Positions 37,751-46,146 of a stretch of DNA of 54,992 nucleotides are shown one piece after another. The notes beneath the pieces were generated by a model. That model had not been told where the DNA came from, searched no databases, and saw only the letters and a program-made list of their open reading frames with translations. The position numbers and the translations under genes were made by a program. The number at the start of each line of letters is the position of its first letter. Position 1 is the first letter of the stretch. Origin of the DNA: Bacteroidales bacterium UBA1757 (GTDB lineage Bacteria; Bacteroidota; Bacteroidia; Bacteroidales; UBA1402); NCBI GenBank assembly GCA_002315625.1, contig DCHH01000039.1, positions 2,651-57,642 of the forward strand, in the 5' to 3' direction.

Positions 37751-38917
37751 ATGGCAGAAAAGAGAGATTATTATGAGGTGTTGGGCGTTGAGAAAAACGC
37801 TTCGGCCGATGAGATAAAGAAAGCTTACCGGAAAAAGGCCATCCAGTACCATCCTGACAAGAACCCCGGCAACAAAGAGGCTGAGGAGAAGTTCAAGGAG
37901 GCTGCTGAGGCATACGAGATTCTTAGCAACCCGGAAAAGCGTCAGCGCTATGACCAGTTCGGACATGCTGCGTTTGATGGCAGTGCCGGATTCGGCGGCG
38001 GTGGCGGCTTTACGATGGAGGATATTTTCTCACGTTTCGGTGATATCTTCGGAGGCGGTTTCGGAGGCGGCGGCTTTGGCGGCTTTAGCGATTTCTTCGG
38101 CGGCGGAGGCTCGCGCGGACAGCGTGTGAACCGCGGTTCCGATTTAAGGGTCAAAGTCAGGCTTACTCTCAAGGAGATTGCCACCGGTGTGGAGAAGAAA
38201 ATCAAGGTGCGCAAGTATGTGGCCTGCTCTGAGTGTCAGGGCACTGGTGCTGCGCACGGTTCTTCCTTCAAGACATGTGCGACATGTAAGGGGACGGGAA
38301 CTGTGACTCGCGTGCAGAATACCATCTTAGGTCGTATGCAGACTCAGTCGGCTTGTCCTGACTGTCAGGGTGAGGGAAAGACTATCACCGACAAGTGTCC
38401 TGCCTGTCATGGCGAAGGTGTTGTCACCAAGGAGGAGGTTATCACCATCAATATTCCGGCAGGTGTGGCGCAGGGAATGCAGCTGACGGTCACCGGTAAG
38501 GGTAATGCTGCCCGTCGCGGCGGTGTGCCGGGCGATTTGCTGGTCGTTATAGAAGAGGAATCGGACCAGGAACTGGTTCGCGATGAGAACGATTTGATTT
38601 ACAACTTGCTGCTGAGCTTCCCGACTGCTGCGCTTGGCGGAACGGTTGAGATACCTACCATTGACGGCAAGGTCAAGGTTAGGATTGATGCGGGTACACA
38701 GCCTGGCAAGGTGTTGCGGTTGCGCGGCAAGGGACTTCCTTCGGTCAACCGTTATGGGACTGGCGATTTGCTGGTTAATATCAGCGTGTATGTGCCGGAA
38801 AGCTTAAGTCGGGACGAGAAGAAGTTGCTGGAGGGGCTGGCTGAGTCGGAGAATTTTAAGACTTCGCCATCGGTAAGTAAAAGGATATTTGACCATTTTA
38901 GAAACTTGTTCGGATGA
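37751..38917 (+). CDS. dnaJ: Molecular chaperone DnaJ
   Basis: J-domain YHPDKNP, a G/F-rich region, and four CxxCxGxG repeats ([32 protein letters not shown]). Confidence 0.95.
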   Translation: MAEKRDYYEVLGVEKNASADEIKKAYRKKAIQYHPDKNPGNKEAEEKFKEAAEAYEILSNPEKRQRYDQFGHAAFDGSAGFGGGGGFTMEDIFSRFGDIFGGGFGGGGFGGFSDFFGGGGSRGQRVNRGSDLRVKVRLTLKEIATGVEKKIKVRKYVACSECQGTGAAHGSSFKTCATCKGTGTVTRVQNTILGRMQTQSACPDCQGEGKTITDKCPACHGEGVVTKEEVITINIPAGVAQGMQLTVTGKGNAARRGGVPGDLLVVIEEESDQELVRDENDLIYNLLLSFPTAALGGTVEIPTIDGKVKVRIDAGTQPGKVLRLRGKGLPSVNRYGTGDLLVNISVYVPESLSRDEKKLLEGLAESENFKTSPSVSKRIFDHFRNLFG

Positions 38918-40320
38918 ATATGAAGAGATTATTCCTATTAGTGATTGGACTGGTTGCCTGCTTGGGGTTGCGGGCGGAAACTGTTACGGCTCCTGAGTCG
39001 CCTTACGGATTTGAACCGCTCAGTATGTATGAGTTCCCTCAGAGGGAATTTGTAATTACGAAGTATGGAGCCAAGTCGGGAGATGTCACCGCTACTACTG
39101 CGGCTTTTAAGAAGGCCATGGCGGCTTGCAACAAGGCTGGTGGCGGACGTGTGGTTGTACCTCAGGGTGAGTGGCTCACAGGTGCCATACATTTTCAGAG
39201 CAATTGCCTTTTGTATCTGAGTGAGGGTGCGAAGGTGGTTTTCGAGGACAATCCTGACCTCTATCTGCCGGCTGTCCACAGTTCATGGGAAGGAACTGAG
39301 TGTATGAACTATTCGCCGCTCGTCTATGCATACGAGTGTGAAAATGTGGGTATTGCCGGACCGGGAACCTTGGCGCCGAAGATGGATTACTGGCGTACAT
39401 GGTTCAAGCGTCCCGAATCACATATTCAGGCCACCCGCCAGCTTTATGCCATGTGCTCGACCGGTATTCCTGTCCAGGACCGTCACATGGAGGCCCCCGG
39501 GGTGCAGATGCGTCCGCAGCTGATTCAGTTCAACCGTTGCCAGAATGTACAGTTGGACGGTTTCAAAGTCCGTGAGAGCCCGTTCTGGACAATCCATGTG
39601 TATATGTGCAAGGATGTGTGGGCCCACGACCTGGATGTCTATGCCCATGGCCACAACAACGACGGTATCGACATTGAAATGACCCAGCATATTCTTGTGG
39701 AGAACTGCACTTTCAATCAGGGAGATGATGCCGTGGTGCTGAAGGCTGGCCGTAATCAGGATGCATGGCGTCTGGATATGCCGACGCAGGATGTCGTGGT
39801 GCGCAATTGCAACATTGTCCAGGGCCATTGTCTGCTTGGTATCGGAAGTGAGATGGCTGGAGGTGTGAGACGTGTCTATATGCACGACTGCCACTCTTCT
39901 GATGCTGTCTATCGCCTGTTCTACATCAAGACCAACCATCGCCGTGGCGGCTTTATTGAAGACATCACCGTTGACAAAGTGTCGGCGACCAATATGCTCC
40001 GTATCTTTGAGATTGACACTGATGTGCTTTATCAGTGGCGCAACATTGTCCCGACCTTCGAGACGAAAATCACCCGCATCCGCAACATCGCTGTCCGCAA
40101 TGTCGAGGCCGCGCAGAGTGAAGCCGTCTATGACCTGAAAGGCGACGAGCGTGACCCGATACAGGGCATTACAATTGAGAATGTCCACGTCGGCACACTC
40201 ACAAAGTTCATAAACAATGCCGTCTATGTCCGCGACCTTCAGACCCGGAATATTACCTGGGACAAGTTTGACACCGCCTCCCAGGACCTGAACATCTCCG
40301 GCATAGCCCCAGGAAACTGA
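38914..40320 (+). CDS. Glycoside hydrolase family 28 (polygalacturonase/rhamnogalacturonase-like)
   Basis: Signal peptide, then [28 protein letters not shown] and RLFYIKT (GH28 NxD / DD / GHG / RIK pattern). The ATG overlaps the dnaJ stop as ATGA; an alternative ATG is at 38920. Confidence 0.85.
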   Translation: MNMKRLFLLVIGLVACLGLRAETVTAPESPYGFEPLSMYEFPQREFVITKYGAKSGDVTATTAAFKKAMAACNKAGGGRVVVPQGEWLTGAIHFQSNCLLYLSEGAKVVFEDNPDLYLPAVHSSWEGTECMNYSPLVYAYECENVGIAGPGTLAPKMDYWRTWFKRPESHIQATRQLYAMCSTGIPVQDRHMEAPGVQMRPQLIQFNRCQNVQLDGFKVRESPFWTIHVYMCKDVWAHDLDVYAHGHNNDGIDIEMTQHILVENCTFNQGDDAVVLKAGRNQDAWRLDMPTQDVVVRNCNIVQGHCLLGIGSEMAGGVRRVYMHDCHSSDAVYRLFYIKTNHRRGGFIEDITVDKVSATNMLRIFEIDTDVLYQWRNIVPTFETKITRIRNIAVRNVEAAQSEAVYDLKGDERDPIQGITIENVHVGTLTKFINNAVYVRDLQTRNITWDKFDTASQDLNISGIAPGN

Positions 40321-40336
40321 TAATCCACAAAACCCT

Positions 40337-40579
40337 ATGAGCTCTATTTCATTACAATACGATCCAAACAATCCGGCGGCAGTAAAAATGCTGGATGCAA
40401 TTTTGTCGGCCGGTTTGTTTACAATTTCGCCACATGCATCTTGTCCATCCCTGACAATGGAAATGATAGACAAGGAGTTTGACCAAATTGAGGCAGATGT
40501 CGCTCGGGGAGCGTTGATTTCTTCTGATTCTGCACATCAGCAAATGTGTGAGTTCGTTGAGAAATACGCAAAGAAATGA
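40337..40579 (+). CDS. Putative antitoxin (family not recognised)
   Basis: 80 aa. Its stop overlaps the start of the following ParE/RelE-like gene as ATGA. The call rests on position and size only. Confidence 0.5.
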   Translation: MSSISLQYDPNNPAAVKMLDAILSAGLFTISPHASCPSLTMEMIDKEFDQIEADVARGALISSDSAHQQMCEFVEKYAKK

Positions 40580-40887
40580 CGGTCAAGTGGTCTGGACTCG
40601 CTCTTGAAAAGTGGCAAGTGATAGCTGATTACATCTTTTCCAAGTTTGGCTTTTCCGGATTGCAGGAATACGAAGAGCAAACCAGACAATGGGAGGCAAC
40701 CATTTCCAACAATTCCGCAATCGGTGCTATTGAACCGTTACTGAAAAGTCGGGCGAGGTGTTACCGGTATGTCATAATCCACCATCACACAAAGATGATA
40801 TACTTTGTAGAGGATGACATTATTGTAATAGCTAATCTTTGGGACACCCGTCAGGAACCCAGTGCGCAATCAGAATTGACAGTTTAG
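40576..40887 (+). CDS. RelE/ParE-superfamily type II toxin
   Basis: 103 aa. V.WS..A...W..I.DYI start, then ...CYRYVIIHHHTKMIYFVEDDIIVIANLWDTRQ, the typical ParE-like layout. Confidence 0.65.
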   Translation: MTVKWSGLALEKWQVIADYIFSKFGFSGLQEYEEQTRQWEATISNNSAIGAIEPLLKSRARCYRYVIIHHHTKMIYFVEDDIIVIANLWDTRQEPSAQSELTV

Positions 40888-40897
40888 AGATTCCTGA

Positions 40898-42529
40898 TCA
40901 TTTGACTTCCAGAGTGGGGCCGTTGCTTTCGACTACGGCCTTTTTCCATTGTTCGCTGTAGTCTTCCTGAATCGGATAGGCGGGGATGCGGGGATCGTAG
41001 CCGTTGTTGACGAACGAGCCGTCGGGGTTCTGGCGCTTGATGTTGCCGTCGATATATTTGACCAACAGATACTTGTCGAGATTCTTCCAGTTATTGAAAA
41101 CCGCCATTGCGTTATCTTTGCAGAATGCTGACACCTTTGCCGCATCTTTCTCCTTATCTATAAGGGGCAGGGTAGTGCTCATCAGTTCATTCTCATAGCG
41201 GTCGATGTTCGTGCGTACCTCTGCTCCGATTTTGTCGTAGCGCAGGTATGCGAACTGGGCGATGCGGTTTGCAATCCAGAACATAGAGGTTTCAGAATAC
41301 TCCAACATCGAACCGTTGCCGGCCCTGACACATTCGGGCACCTGGTCTGTACATGTGTAGAATGGCATCAGAGGCGAAGTGGCGGCATCATCGACACCGA
41401 ACCAATAGATTCCGTAGGGGTGAGAGTCGCGGCACTGGGCAAGGAACCACCAGCCGGTCTGCTGGGTGGCAATAGCCCTTTCGTTGACATATTCCTTTCC
41501 TTCATATTCCCAGTCCATCGGACGCCAGCGGTAGGGGCAATGGCTGCCGCCCGCTCCGGCATCGGTAGTCATATCCATCGGAGTGCCCTCGAAATGGTCG
41601 CGCATCATGTCGGCCAACTGTTTGGTGGTGATTTTCTCCTTCGGTTTGACGTAGAGCGGCATGTGGTTCTTCAGATTGTGGCCCATTGCATAGTCGAGAT
41701 AGGCGTCCATTCCTTCGGCAAAGCGGTTGAAGTATGACCATACCCGTCCTTCACAACCTCTGGCACCGCCGAAATCAAGCGGAGCATACGCATCGCAGAA
41801 ACTGAACTCTTCGTCACTTCCGCTGAAGAATCCCTGCTCGCGGGCGTGCTTGATGACATCCTTGCTGTAGAGGCAGTTCTCCGGGTCGTTGAAGTCAATT
41901 GTGGTAATACGTGATTGGTTTGCATGGGCGGAAATGTAGCCGTCAGGTATTCGTTTGGCCACCCAGACAGACCCCTTGTTGACATTGATGCCTTTCTTGT
42001 TGAACTTTGGCACCTTACACATGATTTCCATAATCCAGACTTCACTTGGGTCGGCAATCGAGAAGGATTCACCTTCTGAAGCGTAGCCGTAAGTCTGACA
42101 CAACTCATCTATGAGGGCAATGGCCTGACGGGCTGTCGTGCAACGTTGTAATGCAGTGTAAATCAGAGTACCATAGTCCATTATGGCTGTCGAGTCATAG
42201 CATTCGTGACGGCCGCCGAAAGTTGTCTCGCCGATGACAAGCTGGTGCTCGTTCATATTGCCTATTACACGGTATGTATGGGTGGCCTGGGGAATTTCGC
42301 CAAGATATTTGCCGGTGTCCCATTCGTTGACTTTCATCATGGAGCCTTTTTCATAATCGGCTGCGGGGCGGAAATATAGTTCGCCGTAGAGCTGGTGTGA
42401 ATCGGCGGCGTATGTCACCATAATGCTTCCGTCGGCTGAAGCCCCTTTGGTAACTATAAGGTTGGTGCAGGCAAGCACGTGCCCCAGTCCGCACATGGCA
42501 AACAAAAGGGCGAAGATTGTTTTTTTCAT
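40898..42529 (-). CDS. C69-family dipeptidase
   Basis: 543 aa. The signal peptide ends ...HVLA|CTNLIVTKGASADGS, giving an N-terminal nucleophile Cys typical of peptidase C69. Confidence 0.85.
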   Translation of the reverse strand: MKKTIFALLFAMCGLGHVLACTNLIVTKGASADGSIMVTYAADSHQLYGELYFRPAADYEKGSMMKVNEWDTGKYLGEIPQATHTYRVIGNMNEHQLVIGETTFGGRHECYDSTAIMDYGTLIYTALQRCTTARQAIALIDELCQTYGYASEGESFSIADPSEVWIMEIMCKVPKFNKKGINVNKGSVWVAKRIPDGYISAHANQSRITTIDFNDPENCLYSKDVIKHAREQGFFSGSDEEFSFCDAYAPLDFGGARGCEGRVWSYFNRFAEGMDAYLDYAMGHNLKNHMPLYVKPKEKITTKQLADMMRDHFEGTPMDMTTDAGAGGSHCPYRWRPMDWEYEGKEYVNERAIATQQTGWWFLAQCRDSHPYGIYWFGVDDAATSPLMPFYTCTDQVPECVRAGNGSMLEYSETSMFWIANRIAQFAYLRYDKIGAEVRTNIDRYENELMSTTLPLIDKEKDAAKVSAFCKDNAMAVFNNWKNLDKYLLVKYIDGNIKRQNPDGSFVNNGYDPRIPAYPIQEDYSEQWKKAVVESNGPTLEVK

Positions 42530-42554
42530 ATTCGTGTAATATCTGGTCAGGCTG

Positions 42555-42562
42555 CAAATATA
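42555..42562 (-). promoter_or_regulatory. Bacteroides-type -7 box (TATATTTG on minus strand)
   Basis: The plus strand reads CAAATATA, 26 nt upstream of the C69 ATG (42529). Confidence 0.35.
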
Positions 42563-42678
42563 AGTTTTTTTTGAGGGGATATCAATATCTGAATACAGTT
42601 ACAACGGCAGAAACTAAATTTGACAAAATAAGCCCAAAAGGAATTTCTCTATTTATTTCATTTTTGATAAATAGTTGC

Positions 42679-42686
42679 TATCTTTG
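42679..42686 (+). promoter_or_regulatory. Bacteroides-type -7 box (TATCTTTG)
   Basis: Matches TAnnTTTG, 28 nt upstream of the ATG at 42714. Confidence 0.35.
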
Positions 42687-42713
42687 CCATCGGAATATAT
42701 CAAAACTGATATT

Positions 42714-43061
42714 ATGAATGATTTTTATATGCTTTCTGACGCTGAGCTGGCTAAGATGATTTCTTCGAGGCTGAAGGCATTGAGGCTCAAGCAGAATATT
42801 TCACGGCAGGAGTTGTCGGCTAGTTGTGGCGTGTCAACTTCGTCCATCGCCCGGATGGAGGATGGAGAAATCAAATCCTTCGATTCCTTTCTTCGGGTCT
42901 TGCGTACGTTGGGGAAGATTGAGATTCTCAGGCCTCTCGTAGAGGAAGAGGAGGTGAGTCCTAAGGAGTATTATCAGTTGGTGCATTCGGCAAAGGTGAA
43001 GACGCGCAAACGTGCGTCAGAGCGTGATGTCCATAAAGAAGAGGAGGCTTCGCAGTGGTAG
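42714..43061 (+). CDS. XRE-family HTH protein, HipB-like antitoxin
   Basis: MNDFYML start (ATG at 42714). HTH LRLKQNISRQELSASCGVSTSSIARME and a charged C-terminal tail. Overlaps the hipA start by 7 nt. Confidence 0.75.
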   Translation: MNDFYMLSDAELAKMISSRLKALRLKQNISRQELSASCGVSTSSIARMEDGEIKSFDSFLRVLRTLGKIEILRPLVEEEEVSPKEYYQLVHSAKVKTRKRASERDVHKEEEASQW

Positions 43062-44332
43062 ATGTGGCTCTGGTGAGATTGTTTGGCAGGGTTGTTGGCT
43101 TTGTCAGCTGGAATGCCAAATATGGCGTTGCGAGGTTTGAGTATGATTCTGACTTTGTGAAAAGCGGTATTGAGCCGTCGCCGATACTGATGCCGGCAAT
43201 AGAGGGGCGTGTTTATGGTTTTGGAGAGTTGAATAGAGAAACTTTCCATGGGCTTCCCGGTATGCTTGCGGATTCTTTGCCGGACAGCTATGGGCGTGCT
43301 TTGTTCGACAAGTGGCTGGCGTTGACCGGACGGACGAGCGGCAATCCGATTGAGTCACTCTGTTTTATGGGCAAGCGCTGTATGGGGGCACTTGAGTTTG
43401 AACCGGCCCTGGACGGAGCATCCTCCGCAAACCAGCATATTGAGTTGGATTCTCTTGTGGCTGTTGCCAAGGAGGCCTTGAATGAGAAGAATGACTTCCG
43501 GGCAAGTTTGGGCGATGACCGAATAACGGCTGTTGCTGAGATTTTGCGTCTTGGAACATCGGCTGGAGGGCAGAGAGCTAAAGCTATTATTGCTTATAAT
43601 AAGGAGACGGGTGAGGTGCGCAGCGGGCAGGTCGATGCGCCTGCAGGGTTTGATTATTATCTGATTAAACTGGATGGTGTTTCAGCAATGGCCGGGTTCC
43701 GGGAAACAGATAATTTCGGACGGCTGGAGTATTCGTTCGGGCGGCTGGCTAAGGCTTGCGGCATTGAGATGTCGGAATGTTCGCTGATTGAAGAGAACGG
43801 GAGGGCTCATTTCCTGACCAGGCGGTTTGATCGGGTGAGCGGCGAGAAGGTGCATATGCAGACGCTTTGCGGGCTGGCTCATTATGATTTCCGGCTTCTT
43901 CGGGGCTATTCTTATGAGCAGGCATTCAATGTGATGCGCATGCTGAGGCTTTCGTATGCCGAGGCTCAGGAAATGTTCCGAAGGGTGGTTTTTAATGTTG
44001 TGGTGAGGAATCAGGACGACCATACGAAGAATATCTCGTTTCTGATGGACAGGACGGGCAAGTGGTGCCTGGCCCCTGCGTACGATATGGGTTATGCGTA
44101 TAACCCTGAGGGTGCGTGGACATCGGCCCACCAGATGTCGGTGAACGGGAAGTTTGACAATATCAATCGATCGGACCTTCTGGAGCTGGCCGCACGGAAC
44201 AATATCCGCAATGCCTCGTCGATTATCGGTGAGGTCTGCGAGGTGTGTTCTGGTTGGGCGCGGATTGCCAGGGAGTGCGATGTGCCAGAGCCGATGATTG
44301 ATGCTATTGTTCCGAATATGATTTTTTTGTAG
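43055..44332 (+). CDS. hipA: HipA-family serine/threonine kinase toxin
   Basis: 425 aa with a GTG start at 43055; no in-frame ATG nearby. HipA N-domain, GTSAGGQRAK P-loop-like motif, and catalytic VVRNQDDHTKNISFLM. Confidence 0.85.
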   Translation: MVDVALVRLFGRVVGFVSWNAKYGVARFEYDSDFVKSGIEPSPILMPAIEGRVYGFGELNRETFHGLPGMLADSLPDSYGRALFDKWLALTGRTSGNPIESLCFMGKRCMGALEFEPALDGASSANQHIELDSLVAVAKEALNEKNDFRASLGDDRITAVAEILRLGTSAGGQRAKAIIAYNKETGEVRSGQVDAPAGFDYYLIKLDGVSAMAGFRETDNFGRLEYSFGRLAKACGIEMSECSLIEENGRAHFLTRRFDRVSGEKVHMQTLCGLAHYDFRLLRGYSYEQAFNVMRMLRLSYAEAQEMFRRVVFNVVVRNQDDHTKNISFLMDRTGKWCLAPAYDMGYAYNPEGAWTSAHQMSVNGKFDNINRSDLLELAARNNIRNASSIIGEVCEVCSGWARIARECDVPEPMIDAIVPNMIFL

Positions 44333-44395
44333 GTTTTCGAACCGTCAAGGGTTGAGTATGGGTGTTAGAGGTCTTGGTTTTTCCATATCCTTGCT

Positions 44396-44515
44396 TCATG
44401 GAAGGCCCTGTTTCCCATCAATCTCCTGCCACCAGAATCCCTCAAGCGGACGAACGACATAGTCGAAGCATCCTTCAATGCGTTGGTTTATCTTTAGATG
44501 ATGCCAAAAGTAGCA
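44396..44515 (-). pseudogene. Possible C-terminal remnant of a decayed gene
   Basis: The minus-strand frame reads ...HHLKINQRIEGCFDYVVRPLEGFWWQEIDGKQGLP*. It has protein-like composition but no start codon, with an in-frame stop just upstream. Family not identified. Confidence 0.2.
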
Positions 44516-44592
44516 CTACAATTACGAGAGCATGACCTTCCATCCAGTGCCTTGCGCAGTCACTCAGCATGACTGCTGTAGTGCTACTTTTG
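44505..44592. repeat. Perfect 16-bp inverted repeat with 56-nt spacer
   Basis: CAAAAGTAGCACTACA (44505-44520) and TGTAGTGCTACTTTTG (44577-44592) are exact reverse complements. They lie 15 nt downstream of the ATPase gene stop. Confidence 0.6.
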
Positions 44593-44606
44593 CGCTGAAC
44601 TAAAGA

Positions 44607-46031
44607 TTAATTATCAAACAGACAATCCATGGTAAGATTCTGCATAAGCATATTGGCGTACTGATTTCTGGCAACTCCGTATGTGGTGAGCATCGTCAGG
44701 TGTACCGCACTTTTGGTTCTGCTGACAGTCCGGAAGACTGAAAGCTTGTTCTCCAGTTCCTTTGCATATTTTGCGTCAATGATGAATTCGTCCTTCGAGT
44801 ATTTCATCTCAAAGAGATTGATGATGCCATCGGCGCGAGAGAAAAGTAAATCTATCTGCGCTCCCGGATGAGAATCGGTTTTTGAGGTCCTCCACGAACA
44901 TACATTCGAGAGCATTCCGCTAATTCTCATGTAATCTTTTATCTGACTGGTGTGCTGCAGACAGACGCGTTCAAAGGCAAGACCTGACCATGTGTTGTGC
45001 TCGCTGGAGAGACAGGTGTGTGTCCAATAATGTTCGTCGGAAAATGCGTTCTTCCTGATGCAATGGTAGTGGAAAAGGGTATAGTTATCCAACAACTGGA
45101 ACAGGCCTCCCTGTTCGGCATTGCCCAATGAATAGTAATAACGGATGAAGCCGCATTGTTCCAACTCTTCAAGCACAGTGGAAAACGTTCCACCGTCCTG
45201 CAGCTTGGTCGCCTCGAGTATTTCATTACGTGTCAACCCGCATTTCTTCCTGCATAGAGACTCAATAACCTTGATGTAATTCTCCGGATGATTGAACAAG
45301 GTGGCATAGAGCGCACCAAACTCATCTGCCAGCTTGGCATTACCGGTAAAGAACAGTTCATCGACGTTCTGCATAACGCTATATCCCTTGCGCAGAAAAC
45401 TCCAGTAATAAGGAATACCGCCCAAAATCATGTAGGTGTCAAGCACATCCTTGCGAGTCATTCCCAGTCCTGCAACGTCAGCATATTGCTCACATTCTCC
45501 AAGAGTGAACGGAGAAAGCTTTATTTTCTCTGTCAACCTTCCACGCAAGCCTGCCTTGTTCTTGAGCAGTTTCTTCGTTATCCATGATGTTGCACTTCCA
45601 CAGACTATGAGCACGATGTCTTTCTGAGCCCTTGCCGTTGCCCATCCGTTCCAGAAATTCTCCAAAGCATCTGTCATGCCGCTCTTTGGGGTGTCCATCC
45701 ATGGAAGTTCGTCGATGAAAATCACTTTCTTTGCGTCGGTTGACTGATTGATGAGCAATTTCAATTGTTCGAAAGCTTCCTTCCATGTCTGCGGGGTTTT
45801 GCATTTTGCCAGACCACATGCCCGCAGCGAGTCCCTGAATGCGACCAGTTGTCCTTTCTTGGACGTTTTCGCCATTCCAGTATGCTGGAAGGTGAAACTG
45901 TAGTTGAAGGTTTCGCGTATCAGGTACGTCTTTCCCACACGCCTTCTTCCATAGACAACACAAAATTGCGACTCCTGCTTCTCTATCAAAGAAAGAAGTG
46001 TCTGCTGCTCGGTTTCTCTTCCTATTATCAT
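44607..46031 (-). CDS. Orphan ATPase (Arch_ATPase/DUF234-like) with wHTH and PD-(D/E)xK-like C-terminus
   Basis: Start MIIGRETEQ (ATG ending at 46031). Walker A GRRRVGKT, Walker B VIFIDELPW, wHTH-like GLTRNEILEATKL, and C-terminal AFERV...QIDLLFSR...INLFEMKYS (a D...ExK pattern). Confidence 0.8.
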   Translation of the reverse strand: MIIGRETEQQTLLSLIEKQESQFCVVYGRRRVGKTYLIRETFNYSFTFQHTGMAKTSKKGQLVAFRDSLRACGLAKCKTPQTWKEAFEQLKLLINQSTDAKKVIFIDELPWMDTPKSGMTDALENFWNGWATARAQKDIVLIVCGSATSWITKKLLKNKAGLRGRLTEKIKLSPFTLGECEQYADVAGLGMTRKDVLDTYMILGGIPYYWSFLRKGYSVMQNVDELFFTGNAKLADEFGALYATLFNHPENYIKVIESLCRKKCGLTRNEILEATKLQDGGTFSTVLEELEQCGFIRYYYSLGNAEQGGLFQLLDNYTLFHYHCIRKNAFSDEHYWTHTCLSSEHNTWSGLAFERVCLQHTSQIKDYMRISGMLSNVCSWRTSKTDSHPGAQIDLLFSRADGIINLFEMKYSKDEFIIDAKYAKELENKLSVFRTVSRTKSAVHLTMLTTYGVARNQYANMLMQNLTMDCLFDN

Positions 46032-46055
46032 GGTGATGCACTTGCAATTCCGCTG

Positions 46056-46063
46056 CAAATATA
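46056..46063 (-). promoter_or_regulatory. Bacteroides-type -7 box (TATATTTG on minus strand)
   Basis: The plus strand reads CAAATATA, 25 nt upstream of the ATG at 46031. It overlaps the longer ORF-track start (46058), which argues for the shorter gene model. Confidence 0.4.
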
Positions 46064-46146
46064 TAAAAAATCAGGCGATAACCAGCGGAATTAAATAAAA
46101 AACATACACTTTCCGCTGAATAATCCAATCTTCTTATCAAAGTCAA

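Noticed and set aside
37970-38130. Highly repetitive GGC/TTC-rich DNA and an antisense Pro-rich ORF (37948-38214).
   Set aside because: This is the normal Gly/Phe-rich linker of DnaJ. The antisense ORF is its complement artefact.
44332-44343. GGTTTTCGAACC, resembling a tRNA T-arm (GGTTCGAAnCC).
   Set aside because: The string has an extra T. There is no acceptor stem, anticodon arm or D-arm in the flanks, and it lies at the hipA stop codon.
44505-44592. The 16-bp inverted repeat as the boundary of an invertible (phase-variable) promoter.
   Set aside because: The enclosed segment is only 56 nt and has no TAnnTTTG box in either orientation. No site-specific recombinase gene is present in the window.
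45490-46146. 218-aa minus-strand ORF overlapping the 5' half of the ATPase gene in another frame.
   Set aside because: It has R/K/W-rich junk composition. The overlapping frame carries clear Walker A/B motifs, and the -7 box position supports the ATPase model.
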